32,831 nt of DNA, taken from the NCBI GenBank assembly GCA_037834085.1, contig JBBMKC010231620.1:1-32831 (forward strand). Direction: 5' to 3'. The stretch comes from Bipalium vagum. Taxonomy: Eukaryota. The notes under the pieces were generated by a model. It did not search any database and had not been told where the DNA came from. It was given only the letters and a program-made list of their open reading frames with translations. Positions 1 through 12,200 of the stretch are shown here, piece after piece. The translations under genes were made by a program, and so were the position numbers. Numbering within the stretch: position 1 is the stretch's first letter; every line of letters starts with the position of its first letter.

Positions 1-92
1 ATAAAGTATTTTGTAGTATGTGCCTTCAATTTTGAAATATAAGTAAAATTCATAAAAAATTAGGGGGGTGAACTTACTTATTTCGCCTACTG
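1..92. mobile_element. Terminus (TIR) of a Tc1-like DNA transposon, continuing left of the window
   Basis: Ends ...GGGGGGTGAACTTACTTATTTCGCCTACTG followed by TA (93-94). The reverse complement TA|CAGTAGGCGAAATAAGTAAG resembles Tc1 TIRs (CAGT start, TA target site). Confidence 0.5.
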
Positions 93-373
93 TATAGATA
101 AAAATAGTGAAAAAATATTAGGAAGATTTTATGAGAATGAGTTGCAACGACCTAAAATTTTTAGAAAATGAATAAAATTAAATATTTATTTTTTAAAATT
201 TTTATTTTATTTTTGAAGACTATGGTCTAAATTGAAGAACTATTTAGTGTTTTATAACTTTAAATATTAGTTCATTAAATATTTGAAATCCATATAAAAT
301 TATTATTTATCATAACATTAATAAATCTTACAATATAATTAAAAATATTAAATTAAAATTAAAATTTTGAAAC

Positions 374-481
374 TGAAATTAAAACAAAAACGGTATACGA
401 TTTTAGCGATTCACTTTTTCATTTTTTTGAAACTCAAAAAATGAAACCTCAAAATCGTATACCGTTTTTGTTTTAATTTCA
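374..481. repeat. Nested foldback: 31-bp perfect inverted repeat enclosing a second ~13-bp inverted repeat
   Basis: 374-404 TGAAATTAAAACAAAAACGGTATACGATTTT is the exact reverse complement of 451-481. Inner arms 417-430 TTTCATTTTTTTGA and 434-446 TCAAAAAATGAAA pair with one bulge. Confidence 0.95.
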
Positions 482-586
482 AAGATAAGGATGCGTAAAA
501 CTATTTACCTAGAAAAATCTTTATCATTAATATATAATTTTAAACTTTTACATATTTGATCTAGACCAAAATTAAATGCTCTTAAA

Positions 587-965
587 TTAAAGTCCAGCTC
601 CAACTGTAACTTCTATGAAAGATTTTGGTTTCAGCCTTTCCATTTCCATTTCTAACTTCTTTTGTTCTAATTCTATCTTTTCTTTATTATTTTTTTGAGC
701 CTCTTTTGATTTTTGAACTGCTGTTGCAACTCCTCTAGCAACTCACCCGCTGCTCCTAAACATGGTATTAACGGAAGAACCCCACAAGATTTTTGTTCTT
801 CAGCTTGCACACCTTCAGTGTTTACAGCTGCGCTGTGATCTTCGATTTTTTCTTTTTCGTTTATTATACTTTTAGATAAATAATATTTTTTTCGTTAAAA
901 GTTATATATTTTGGTTTTCCTATTTCTATAATATTTTTTAATTTGTCCTCAGTGATTTCGGTCAT
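587..965 (-). pseudogene. Frameshifted Polinton/adintovirus small virion protein gene (cupiennin-like/protein X type)
   Basis: Manual translation across two frameshifts: MTEITEDKLKNIIEIGKPKYITFNE/KYYLSKSIINEKEKIEDH...EEQKSCGVLPLIPCLGAAG/VARGVATAVQKSKEAQKNNKEKIELEQKKLEMEMERLKPKSFIEVTVGAGL*. This matches the 'GGFLPLIP..AAG..GGVA.AV' amphipathic segment, coiled coil and terminal GxGL pattern of Maverick/adintovirus proteins. Confidence 0.65.
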
Positions 966-1054
966 GATTTTTTATTAAAAAATTGAAATTTTTTTAGAAA
1001 AATACATAACATAAAAATAAAAATATATATAAAAAACTAAAATTTAACTAAATA

Positions 1055-1575
1055 AATAGTTTATTTAATTAACAAATATGCTCCTAATTTTAACAAAAAT
1101 AAATGGATTTAATCCCATTTCATTTTTTCGATACCACTAAGTAAAGAATCTTCATCATTTATAATCTGATAATGTGGTCGTCTTTCATTTTTCAAATTTT
1201 GGGATAAATCATCCGCTGCTAAAATTTGATCACTGAGTTCCCAACAATATCCCCTATTATACTCCACAAAAGAATCATTATTTTAAATTTGATCGTTGGA
1301 TCCATTTTCTTGAATTTCGATTTTCGATGAAGAAAGAATTGTTGTTTTTCTCGATAAAGAAAGTCTTTCTCTTAAATCAAGGTCAGTTTTTAAATAAGTA
1401 TTGAGTTGTTTCTCAATACTACAAATTGACTCCATTGTTAAATTACAAATTATAAGACCTGGAAATAAGGAACATAGATGAAAAAATCGAATGAACCGCT
1501 TACATGTTTGTCTACATAATCCAAGCTGAGAAGACATAATTTTAGAAACACTGCACTTATTTTATAATTTTTAAT
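1055..1575 (-). pseudogene. Degenerate ORF with HTH-like N-terminal part, probably a Polinton accessory gene
   Basis: The frame of ORF 1283..1537 continues past two isolated stops: ..SSQLGLCRQTCKRFIRFFHLCSLFPGLIICNLTMESICSIEKQLNTYLKTDLDLRERL...QI*NNDSFVEYNRGYCWELSDQILAADDL...KMKWD*IHLFLLKLGAYLLIK*. It is co-oriented with, and lies between, two Polinton-type genes. Confidence 0.4.
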
Positions 1576-2003
1576 ATGCGGACGAAAAGACAAGTAATCG
1601 TAAAAAGAGAAAACCCGGCAACCAAACCATCAGTCATAGAGGAGGTCATTGAAATACCAGACTCACCGGCAGAAGGATAAACTGAAAATCAAAGAATGGA
1701 CACTTCTACGGTGTAGAGCGATGGATCAGAGAGCGAGTTGGAGGAAAATAGTGAGGAAGAATGTAACCACGGATTTCACGAGGAAAGTGGCAATCCAGGG
1801 ATCAACAAGTCATCAAAAGGCAAAGAGAAAACGAGAAGTAACACCAATCACCCAGATGGGAGGACATGATAGCAGAAGAAGATATTATAGTATTGATAGA
1901 GCCGATTGCGTTGGACGCATCAGAGGAAGAGGAAAGCAAAAGGCAACCACTAACATCAAGCAGTGAAGAGCTAAGAAGAAGTCAGTTCCGTTTGAATAAA
2001 TAA
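1576..2003 (+). mobile_element. Purine-rich, higher-GC degenerate coding fragment, likely the acidic C-terminal tail of an LTR-retrotransposon pol
   Basis: Sharp composition change. Interrupted reading ..VIEEVIEIPDSPAEG*..SDGSESELEENSEEE../..DASEEEESKRQPLTSSSEELRRSQFRLNK*. An 'LRRS' motif after an acidic linker is typical of integrase tails. Confidence 0.35.
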
Positions 2004-2890
2004 TAAAGATATTGTTTTATAATTGTTAATATACTGTGAAGAAATATGAAATGAATATTTTCTCCATGAATTTCTTAGTTCAGTTTGATTTTTCTCAATA
2101 CAATCAATCATATAAACCTTTATTCTTAATCCATTTTCTTTTCCAAATTTAGAAATAGTATTTATTTTCATTGGTATATCTTCATCATTATATTTATAGT
2201 TATATTCCTATTCTTTATACCAGCTTACTTTTTTTTATGATGAGGAATTTGGTATTGCATAAAATAAGAAATGATTGACCATATAAAACATTTTTTATCT
2301 CTGTTCTGAATGTTGATTATAATGAGATTAGAATGAGATTGAAAAGGTAAAGGAGTAAATTTTCTTACTCTTAAAACTTTTATTTCATCAATTGAAAGAG
2401 TTAAATGAGAAAAACTATAGATTGTCCACCTAGAATTTTTTAATATTTGTCAAGTGTTTTCCGTTTCTTCTTCTAAATTCTCTTTAATATTTTCTGTTTC
2501 TAGTTTGATGTTATTTATTGTTAATACTTAATCAGATTGTTAATCAGATATTTCATATATTTTTATCTTCATTAAATTTATATTTTTCGTGTTTTTGTAT
2601 AGATGTTATTTTTAGACAAAATATATTTTTAGGCCTATCCACCAGGGCCTGTTTTTTATTAAAAAATTTTGGGGTCATATCCTCTAAGATTGGTTTTACA
2701 TACAAATCATCTTCCTCTTGATTACTACTGAAATAAAAGCTCTTGAATGACATCTTTAATTTTTGCAAAATATTTGAATATATTAGATTTATTATTTGTT
2801 GATGTAGAAAAAAATCATTAAAAAGATCAAACAAACATCTATGCTGTCATTTATTAATAAAAATTATTTCAATTTTTGGATTTTTCCATT
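1990..2890 (-). pseudogene. N-terminal region of Polinton/Maverick (adintovirus-like) protein-primed DNA polymerase B, truncated and frameshifted
   Basis: From ~2440 down: KNSRWTIYSFSHLTLSIDEIKVLRVRKFTPLPF...IINIQNRDKKCFIWSIISY.../VSWYKE*EYNYKYNDEDIPMKINTISKFGKENGLRIKVY...KTISLLFI. These follow in order the conserved pPolB N-terminal motifs GSGW..L.L.I, YIPLP, INI.N.D..CF.W, RVS.Y, FP....I.KFE..N...INVY and LLL. ORFs 2553..2834 and 1971..2171 are pieces of it. Confidence 0.8.
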
Positions 2891-4139
2891 TTTTAAAATA
2901 AAATTTGTCTACTCAGAATGTGTTTTATGGTCCAGAGGAATTCGAATTCGGTGAAATTTACTGTATACTTATTTAGATAGATATAGCAAACTCTGTCTTG
3001 AATTCAAAACAAGTTTGTTCAAATTTTATATTAATAAATTTATTTTTTAAAAATAGTCAACTTTGTTTTGTTTTCAAAACAATTTGTTTTAACTGATAAT
3101 ATTGTGGAGACTATCACCATCCAACTAATCAATTCTGTCAAATTCAAAACATTGCACATTGATCCTTTGATAAAAATTTTATTATGCATGAAAGATATAA
3201 TTTTGTGTGATTTTATTTATCGTTTTTATTGTAAAATTTAAAATCAGTAGATACCTAAAATCTTTCTTTCTTATGGTGAAATGGTAAGCAAATAAAATAT
3301 TAATTACAATAATAAAAATAATATATAAATTATAAAAATTAATCTCATAATTATAATTAATCAGTAACATAAAGTTACTAAAATAATTATTTCACTAAAA
3401 ATTTTAAAAAAGCTTTTTAAAAATTGATTTCTAGTAAAAAATTTAAATAAGATCTAAAAATAGTAACATTAAATAATATAAGTAAGTACTGAAGCATTTC
3501 AGTGCAAAAATACATAAAAATACTCCGAAAGAGAACACAAAAATATCACTAAAAGTGGAGCCAAAGAGGCAAGGAGAATTCAAAAAGATGAACTTAAATA
3601 AATCAAGTGGACAAACATCGAATAACAAATCAAGAAAACGATAGAAATTCAGAAGACGGGAAAATCAATAAACGAAAAAATAATTTGAATCAAAATTAAA
3701 TAAACCAGAAGACATCGAAGCGGAAGCAACAAAGATTTTAGAAAAAGTCAAATCGAAAATTGTTCGATCATCAAATAAATAGTAATTTTATTAATACAAA
3801 GGATATTATTAAACCTTAACAAGTAACTTTCGCTCGAAAATCAATAACTCCTCACATTCTAATGTTGTGCTCGCTTTGCTCACACAAATTTATCTCTATT
3901 GAATCAAAACCCTACAATAAAACTTTAACAGTACCCAAACTGAATCAAAACAATCACGATAAAACCTAATTACACACTTCAAAACAATCTTTACACTCGT
4001 CACAAAAATCATAATCAGAATCGTTCAAATGTCTAAAAAATCAAGATTGTTCAACTGACTGAAAATCAAAAATCAAGCACAAATAAATAATTCAAATCAC
4101 AAATTCAAAGCCAAATGATTAAAATGAAATTTAGATTAA

Positions 4140-4980
4140 TAATAAAAATAAAGGAAACAAAGCAAAATTGAAAATATCCTCATCAGGAGCGACAAGGGGT
4201 CCCTGGGTCGTTCTCTAGGTCTTTTTCAAGTCACCTAGAAATTCCTAAATTCTCGGCGTCCCCATCGTAAATCCTTTTGCATCGTCTGTGGCATAATAAA
4301 GAAAATGTCTTTCTGAAACATCCTGAAATGTCTTCAGATATTAAAAAATTTTCGACGGCAAATCTTTTTTTTTTGACTGGGCGTTTTCTAGGTCTGATCA
4401 TACTAAACTTTGCTTGTAATTGTTTGATTAGCTTTTAAAAACTCAACATGAAAAATTCCACTAAACGCTCATCAAAAGTATTTTTAGGATGAATTTCTCG
4501 TTTCGGGCTTATTTCAGACTTAGACCCTTTGAGTTTCCATCGACTCATTCTTTTGGAAATGGTATAGTAAACCCATTTTTCAAAGACTTGGATTTTGTCA
4601 AAAAACGCCTCAACATTATGCCTTGCAAGAAATGAACTGCAAATTAATAATCGTGCTTGGATGTTCTTCATCACGTTAATATTATCATTTTTAATTTTTA
4701 AGTATTTCAAAATGAATTTCAGTGATGTTTTTTAACTGTAGGAATTCAGTTTGCTAAAGTGATGCAACAATTGTTATGAATTTTTAAAAATTTTTAATGA
4801 GACTTGATTTGTTGGTCAAAAGTGATGAAATTAATAAGTTAAATGAAAACAAGGGAAAGTATGAATTGGAAGAAATGTAACATTTCTTGGTGGTGTAGTC
4901 CTATTTATGTAGAATCCAAGTTTTTTATATTGATAGAGGAAAGACATCAAATAAATAAATTGATGATAACATGCTATTTG
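4140..4980 (-). pseudogene. Degenerate ORF of unknown, probably mobile-element origin, with two basic AT-hook-like motifs
   Basis: The frame of ORF 4435..4710 continues both ways through scattered stops. Downstream it reads IRPRKRPVKKKRF and KRPRERPRDP, resembling decayed KRPRGRP. Confidence 0.3.
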
Positions 4981-6217
4981 TGGAGATATTGAAACTTATG
5001 AGAAGTTGTTCGATAAGTGCGGGTTGTGATACTATTGTTTCAAAGTATATAATCTTACACAAATATTTATAATAAAATAACAAAAATATTATTTTAAAAT
5101 ATTATAATTAGTCATATGGCTAAAATAAAATAAATATTTATTTTTCTTTTTTTCATTCCCGGATTACAGGGTTTTAGATACTCAATATTGATGCAATAAA
5201 TATAGTGAGATGAATGACGTGAAATTGGTTAGTAGGTTGTTCTCAGTAGAATGCTTTTGTGCTGAGCCTATAATTAAAGCTCCCAGCGCTCCATTGGTTA
5301 ATTGAAAATGGGAGACGAAGGAAAATAAATGAAGAAAAATGAATGGAGAATTAATTAATTTTCCCGTTCAATTGAATGTGTTCGAGGTCATATTTAATGG
5401 AGTATCGAAGCTGCCAGATCCAGAAAGTTTTAAGAGAAATTGTGAGTAGAAGATTTTAAAAAGTTTTTTGAGTAAATAATTTTGAAATTTTCGAGAATTT
5501 CGAAAAAAGTTTTGAAGACGAATCTCGAAAAAATAAATAAATCTTTTATTTGAGATTTATCAAAAAATTTTTCATTTTTTATTTGTTAGCTTACTTAATC
5601 ATTTATGTTACCTTCGCGTCGAACCAACTATTATTGGTTTAAAAATTTGAGTCAGATTAGATCAAGTAAAAGAGAGGCTAATATTTAGTTAATATATCAA
5701 TAAATATTAACATATTCATTTCAAAACTGAAAAAAGTGGATAACATTTTAGATATATTTTTAAAATTTATAGATTAAAAATAATCAATATAGCACCTATA
5801 AAACATATTTAAATAAAAAATGAATATAAAATCTTATTTATTCAATTTTATTAAAAAAAGCATTATTTTTTAACCTTTACAAATTATTAATTGGATATCA
5901 TTATATAATATATAATATAATACTACAGTACTATTATTTATCACTAGTACTATTATTTATTATCACTGTAACAGATTAATATTACTAATTATAATAGATT
6001 TTAGTATTTTATTTATATCATAACTTCTCTTAATTAAATATATGTTAAAAGCAAATTATAGAAACAGAATCATCATCCATATTTTTGATTAAATATTGGT
6101 TCATCTGAGAAAAACGAAAAGTTTTTTAAAAATATTTAAGAACACTATTATAATACTCATCAGACGAATAAAACATATTGATTCTATCAATGTTCATTGA
6201 ATCTCAAGTCTGCTCTT

Positions 6218-9200
6218 TCAATCCAATGCTATTTTGAAAGGAGAACCTTTAATTGGACAACCATTCCAATTGATTGAGATTGTATATTCTCCTTTTTCTG
6301 TAGGATTATATGAGCACTTTATTAATCGAGTGTCTTTTGGGTTCTTCTGCACTTCTACTCTGAAAGCTTCTGAAAAGACTCAATATAAAAGTAACCATAA
6401 AAAATTACGTGGTCTCACCTTTAGGACCTTTCACTTGAACCCGTAGTTTTCCGATGCCTGCATGTGTAGTGTCAATTGTAAAATAGCTGTGAAAATTTTT
6501 CAAATGATTTGATTTTAATCCTGGACCAAATACTTTTATATTTTCAAGGTTTTGCTTATCGGTAAAAAACGGGTGGAATGGACTACCTGGTACATGTATA
6601 TTTTCATACATTATATTAAGTTCATGTCGACCATTTAACACTGGCTGTAAATTGAATTGATACTGATTATCACTATTATTTCACAGGTAAAAAAAGTTAA
6701 ATTATCGGAGATAAAATACTTTTGTTTTACGAGATCACATTCAATGGGTTTCAAGTCTGGCCCTATACATGTAACTGAAAGCATCATTTCATTGTTTTGT
6801 GACACAGTTGATTGATCTTTAAACACATTATTTAGGTCGACTGTTATAATATTAATTTCTCCAATAAAACCATGATTAAGACCATCTCCTTGACATTTTG
6901 CACCCTGAGCAGGATCGATGTCCCTTATATTTAATGGAAAGGGACTACCTTGTACAACCTTATCTCCACAGGAAACATGTAACAAATATTGACCTATAAT
7001 GAAATAGTAAATACCTTCATGAATCTTAAATGGGACCTGGAATTTTTATTTGATATGAACATTCATATGTTCCATTTAAAAGCTCCTTAATAGTCACGGG
7101 AATCTTTTCACATTCAGATTTGATGTCTTGAATACTCAATAGTAAATCATTTCCCTCAATATTAAGAGTATCAATGAAGAATTTCGCAATTTCTCCCACC
7201 CAAGCTCCTTTAAGACCGCGACCTTTTAAAATGACCTATTAAATAAATTTATTATTTACTTTTAATAATTTGTAAGTAATATTGAAAAAAATAGTAATGA
7301 TAAATAATATAAAATAATTATTAATAATATTATTATTAGTTAATGAGTTTTTTGAATAAGAATATAAATAAAAATCTTTGGTTCGATTTGGTTCCTCATT
7401 CTCCACATTAATATTCTCCAAAATCCTATCCAAGTGCATAACGTAGGACCTAATTGTTTTGACAAGCATTCTTGCATATCTGTTGTCATAAATGTGGAAC
7501 AAATCGACTTAATTTTTTTATTATAATGATATCCAGCATGTTCTGTACAGTTTTTTTGATAAAATTAATTACAGTAGATAATTTTTGTCTGTCTTTTAAA
7601 ATTGTTATTTTTTCGAGTTTCTCACAAATTTCCTATGGTCATACACTTCCTCCTAACCAAACAGGTTCTTCTTACCAAAAAACTCTATGATTCAAGTATA
7701 AATAGTATGATTGTATGGAGGTTCATTTCTATATGCTACATGTAGGTGATAAATAATGTTCTTTTCTGTCTTCAGAAATATAAAGCAAATAACAATACTG
7801 TTAATTTGTTCGAATTCCATATGAAACAAAATAAATAATTAAATAAAATTTATTTCTATAAAAATCTATTCTTTCATAAAAATCAATAATTAAAACAATT
7901 TTAATTATTGATTTTATTGAATTATTAGAATTATGTAAAATCTTTATAATTCCTTATCTCTTCAGCCTTTCCACATTACTTTCAATCTGCTTGCCATCAC
8001 TGTCCTGTAGGATGTATCTTCGACCATGCACCTTTGTAATCACTTTTTATGGGCCTTCGAAGCTTCCTTGATCCTTATTCCGACATTCGGCCTTGACCCA
8101 CACTTTTTCTCCAACATTGAAGCTTCTTCTGGTCTCTGCTGTATCTATGAAATTCCCTTTGATTATGTCACTCGTGTGTCGTTCCAATTTGTTCTTGCTA
8201 TTCTTGTACCAAACACAAATCCAGCTGGATTTGCATTTATGGATATTTGCCATGTGGGGTTTATAGAAAATTCGATCTCTTTGAGTATGTCAGCCTAATC
8301 TCTAATTTTCTCTCTTCTAATGTTGTGTTCATTAGGTCTCTCATCGTCTGAAATTGTTTTTCAATTTGACCATTTGTGTTGTGATGGTAAGAAGTTCAAA
8401 AACATATCTTAATATTTAGTTTTCTGGGAATCCTCTCATGCTTCTTGATTCGTAAACTTCCAGTAGTCCACATGCAGTCATCTAGGAAATACAAATTTCA
8501 AGATCCATTCGTTTTATAAAATTTTTTGAATTGTGTTTTCGTTCCAATTGCAACTAGAACTATATACTTGCTTCGTTTATCGATTATTCCAAAAACAGAC
8601 CTCTTACGACTCACCGTTTCTCTCAAAGGGTCACATATGTCCGCGTTTATGTCGGCGAATATCTCAGTGTCTTGAACCGCTATTATTTCCTCTTTCGTCT
8701 TCGATGTCAGAACTTTATGTATCTGACAAGCTCTGCCTGACTGAACTACCTGTTTAATCTTAGTTCTAATATTTTTGATTCTGCGTCTATCTTCTAGGTA
8801 TCGGTATACTTTTTCTGTCTCAACTTGTACTAACTGATTTTGAGACTCTCTCTCTTTTCACTCATCCAATCGCCCGTATAATCATCGTCTACTGTCATCA
8901 CATTTAATCTTTTCGTTTGCATCTTTTCCAACTTTACATCCTCGTGTTTTGTCTAGTATGGTATGTATGTCGAGCACTCTCTTCTTGACAACATATCTGC
9001 AAGCAAATTAGCTCTGCTTTTCAATATTCCATTTGTATATCTAAACTACTTAGATAATTCCGTACGCTATCACCATTTCCAGCCCATTTTCATCTATTTG
9101 TGCCAACAATACTCCTATTGGTCCAAAACTGGCGTCGGTCAACAGATCAAAGGCATATTTCAAGGTGAATAGCATTTCTTAATTATGCCGTTTTCATGCA

Positions 9201-12200
9201 AACTCTGAATAGCTTCTTTGATTTTAGCTTCCAGATTCATCGGCTGTCTAAAAGGTTTGACATTAATTGGTTTACCTTAGGTTAAAATGTGATTTTTCTT
9301 CAGATGAGTGCTCTTCGAACTCATGTATAATTTTCCCTAAGGCGGAATCTACCTTGATCCAAAATGTCTTCAGCGCTCTTTGTTTTCTCTCGCCTAACTT
9401 TAACGTCCTACCAAATCTTGCTTCAATCCCACACACATATTCTCAGTCATAATCCCCATCATGATGTAATACTATTCTGCTTTGACTTTGATGAAAAACA
9501 AAATTGTTTCTGTAACTCAATACCTCCGATGAAATCTGGTGCAACCGATTTCAACACAATTAATTGAACCTTTGGTCGTCTGTGGTTAATTTGTGCTTCA
9601 ATCTCGAGCTTACCCAACGTCTCCAGTCTGGTATCGTTTGAGCATCGCAAATTGTCATCACATCTCTCTAATCCCGTTCCTCTCAACTGCATTGCAATCC
9701 TCTTACACATCACGTTGATTCGTGCCCGGTGTCCAATAAAAAATCAGATGTCTATCCCTGCAATGTTATTGTAACTCTCAGCCTCCCCTGTATCTTTTCA
9801 TTGTCTATTTTATCGTTCTGCCTCTCATCACTTATTGCCACCACGTTTTTAAACTCCTTTTTAACAAAAGTCTCCTTTAGAAAACGATATACTTTCCCTG
9901 TCACCTCATCCTCATTTCCTTCTCTCGGCCTCCTGGGATATTTCACTTAACGTGTTTAATTGATGGCTCCCACTATATCCCCGTCTAGCGGAGCCCTGGC
10001 ATTTGGATAGCTGTTATTGTCATCCTCTTCCATTGGATCATCTGCTTCTATTCCATTTATCCTGGACATCAGTGATTTTTCTCTGTCGACTATGTCTTCT
10101 CTAAATCTCCCACCAGTCTTATGGTTCTTCCTGTCATATAAAATTCTAAAGCAATCTGACCTGTAATGTCCACTTCGTCCGCAGTATATAAACATCGCCT
10201 CTGCATAATATGGCTAATGTGGCCGATTTTTCCACAGGCAGAATATCGTGGAGCATTTCTTTTTTGAAAATTCCTAATCATATGACCTCGAACAATAAAC
10301 ATTGCAAAATGGAGAACTTAAGAAAATTTGCCGGTTACATAGAAGTCTAACAGTGGGAATTATAGCTGAAAAACATAACGATTTTCAGGAATTGAAAGTC
10401 AGTATATCTACCACAAACGTAAACTGAACATTGGAATGCTGAGGATTTATGTAGTTATTAAAAATCATGGAGGCTACTTTGATGAATTTTATATATGATA
10501 TAAAATAAATATTTTTTCTTCTTAGTTCGAATAAATATGAAAAGTATTGTTCAATTTTATAAATAAATTAACTATAAAGCATTTTTTATAAACAAAGTGT
10601 TAAATGTTATGTTATATTTAAAATGCGAGTACCTGCTTAATACTTTTGATCGGTAGTATAGATCCAAAGTTTGAGAGATCACGCAGCTAATTTTTGAACC
10701 TCTCTAATTTTATGCAAATACAATTTTAGCATCGTACCCGTTATTATTAGCACGTCGTTTGATGAGAATTTTCATGTTTTAAATGATTTAGATATTATTT
10801 TCCCAACCAAGAATATAAATACAAATCGAAAATGAGCTCTATAAATAGAGAAAAAATCTTAGTTTATAGCAATTTTTCATAAACCAAACAGATGTTTATA
10901 TCTACTTATCCATTTCTTTCGTGATTAAACTGTAACAGTAAAATAAAGAAATCCTCATTTTTGTCACCTTGTTACACCATTTTCATTAGCTGAATTTAAT
11001 TAATTTTAAACAGTTAGCTGGAAAACTCACCCAATTTTATTTATTTATTTTGTAAAATTATTTATATTTAGTGAATTTAAACAAACAAAGATTGTTTATT
11101 CATTAACCCGAAACCTAAAATTTAAGGTTATTCGAAAAAAATTTGTACAAACAAGAAGAAACATCCTTTTTGTTATTACTTTCATTGATCAACAGTGATT
11201 TCAAGGCAAGCATAAAAAATAGTGACTTACAGATTGAAATGTGCTGATTTTGAATGTGACATTTGTTTTGCTGCATCACATCTAGATATTTTGAAATTTA
11301 ACTTTTGTGATATTTTATATTTACAATTTGATCATGTTTTCGCAATATTTTATTATTGGTAACATTTCTATTTTTCAAAATACGTTACATTTTTTTTATA
11401 AAATTTATTTAATAAAAATAATTTTGATTTTATTTCTTCAGGAAACAGTAGATCTGCATGATCTTTGTCAGATGAGCTCTTCACTTATGTAAAATTTTGC
11501 TTCAGCCTTCTTCGCCCAGCCTTGTCGACATCGGGGAATATCACAGTTGTTTGTTTCATTAGATATGCAACTGTTTCGCTTATGTAAAAATAATTCAAAA
11601 CTTTTGTGGATCTTTTATGACTAGACGGAAGTGTAAGGAAATAATCTCTGCAGTTAAATAGTGTGATTATGCTTACTTTGGTTGCCAGATTGGTGATCAA
11701 GACAAAAGTACTGTAAGACAAGTTTTAATCGATTGAGTGATTGGTCTCGCGAAACAATAATCTCCATGCCATTTGCAGTTCCCATGATATTGCGTGAGCC
11801 ACAAAATCATTTCAATAATTGCTACCTTTGTTTGACGAAAGTACAAGGATATTCTGAAAATAATAAAAAAATATTAAATATCCAGATCTGAACTCGGCTA
11901 TTATTATTCGGTCGAACTCCAGATATCTTTACCGCCTCTCAAAGAACAGGTCTCTTCGTCAGATGACAGTACTTCTCCAATCCATCAAATAAAGCAAATA
12001 TCAATGGAATATACATGTATGTGGAGATCGGAAGGTTATTGGACTGCTTTTGGGATTGCAAGGTGGATTTACTAAGTAATGTTGTTTCCTCTGCTTATTT
12101 GAACAGTAGAGATACTGCAGACCACTAAAATAAAAGGCAATGGTCTCCGAGTTGTTCATTTGAACAGAGATCTAATAATGTTCGATACCTACTTTTGGTT

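Noticed and set aside
5900-5970. Short TACTATTATTTATCACT duplication and TAATA repeats
   Set aside because: Simple slippage in AT-rich DNA; no spacer structure, not CRISPR-like.
8026-9950. Plus-strand ORFs over the Gypsy element, and plus-strand ORFs 6234, 14676 and 17691
   Set aside because: They are antisense shadows of real minus-strand coding sequence.
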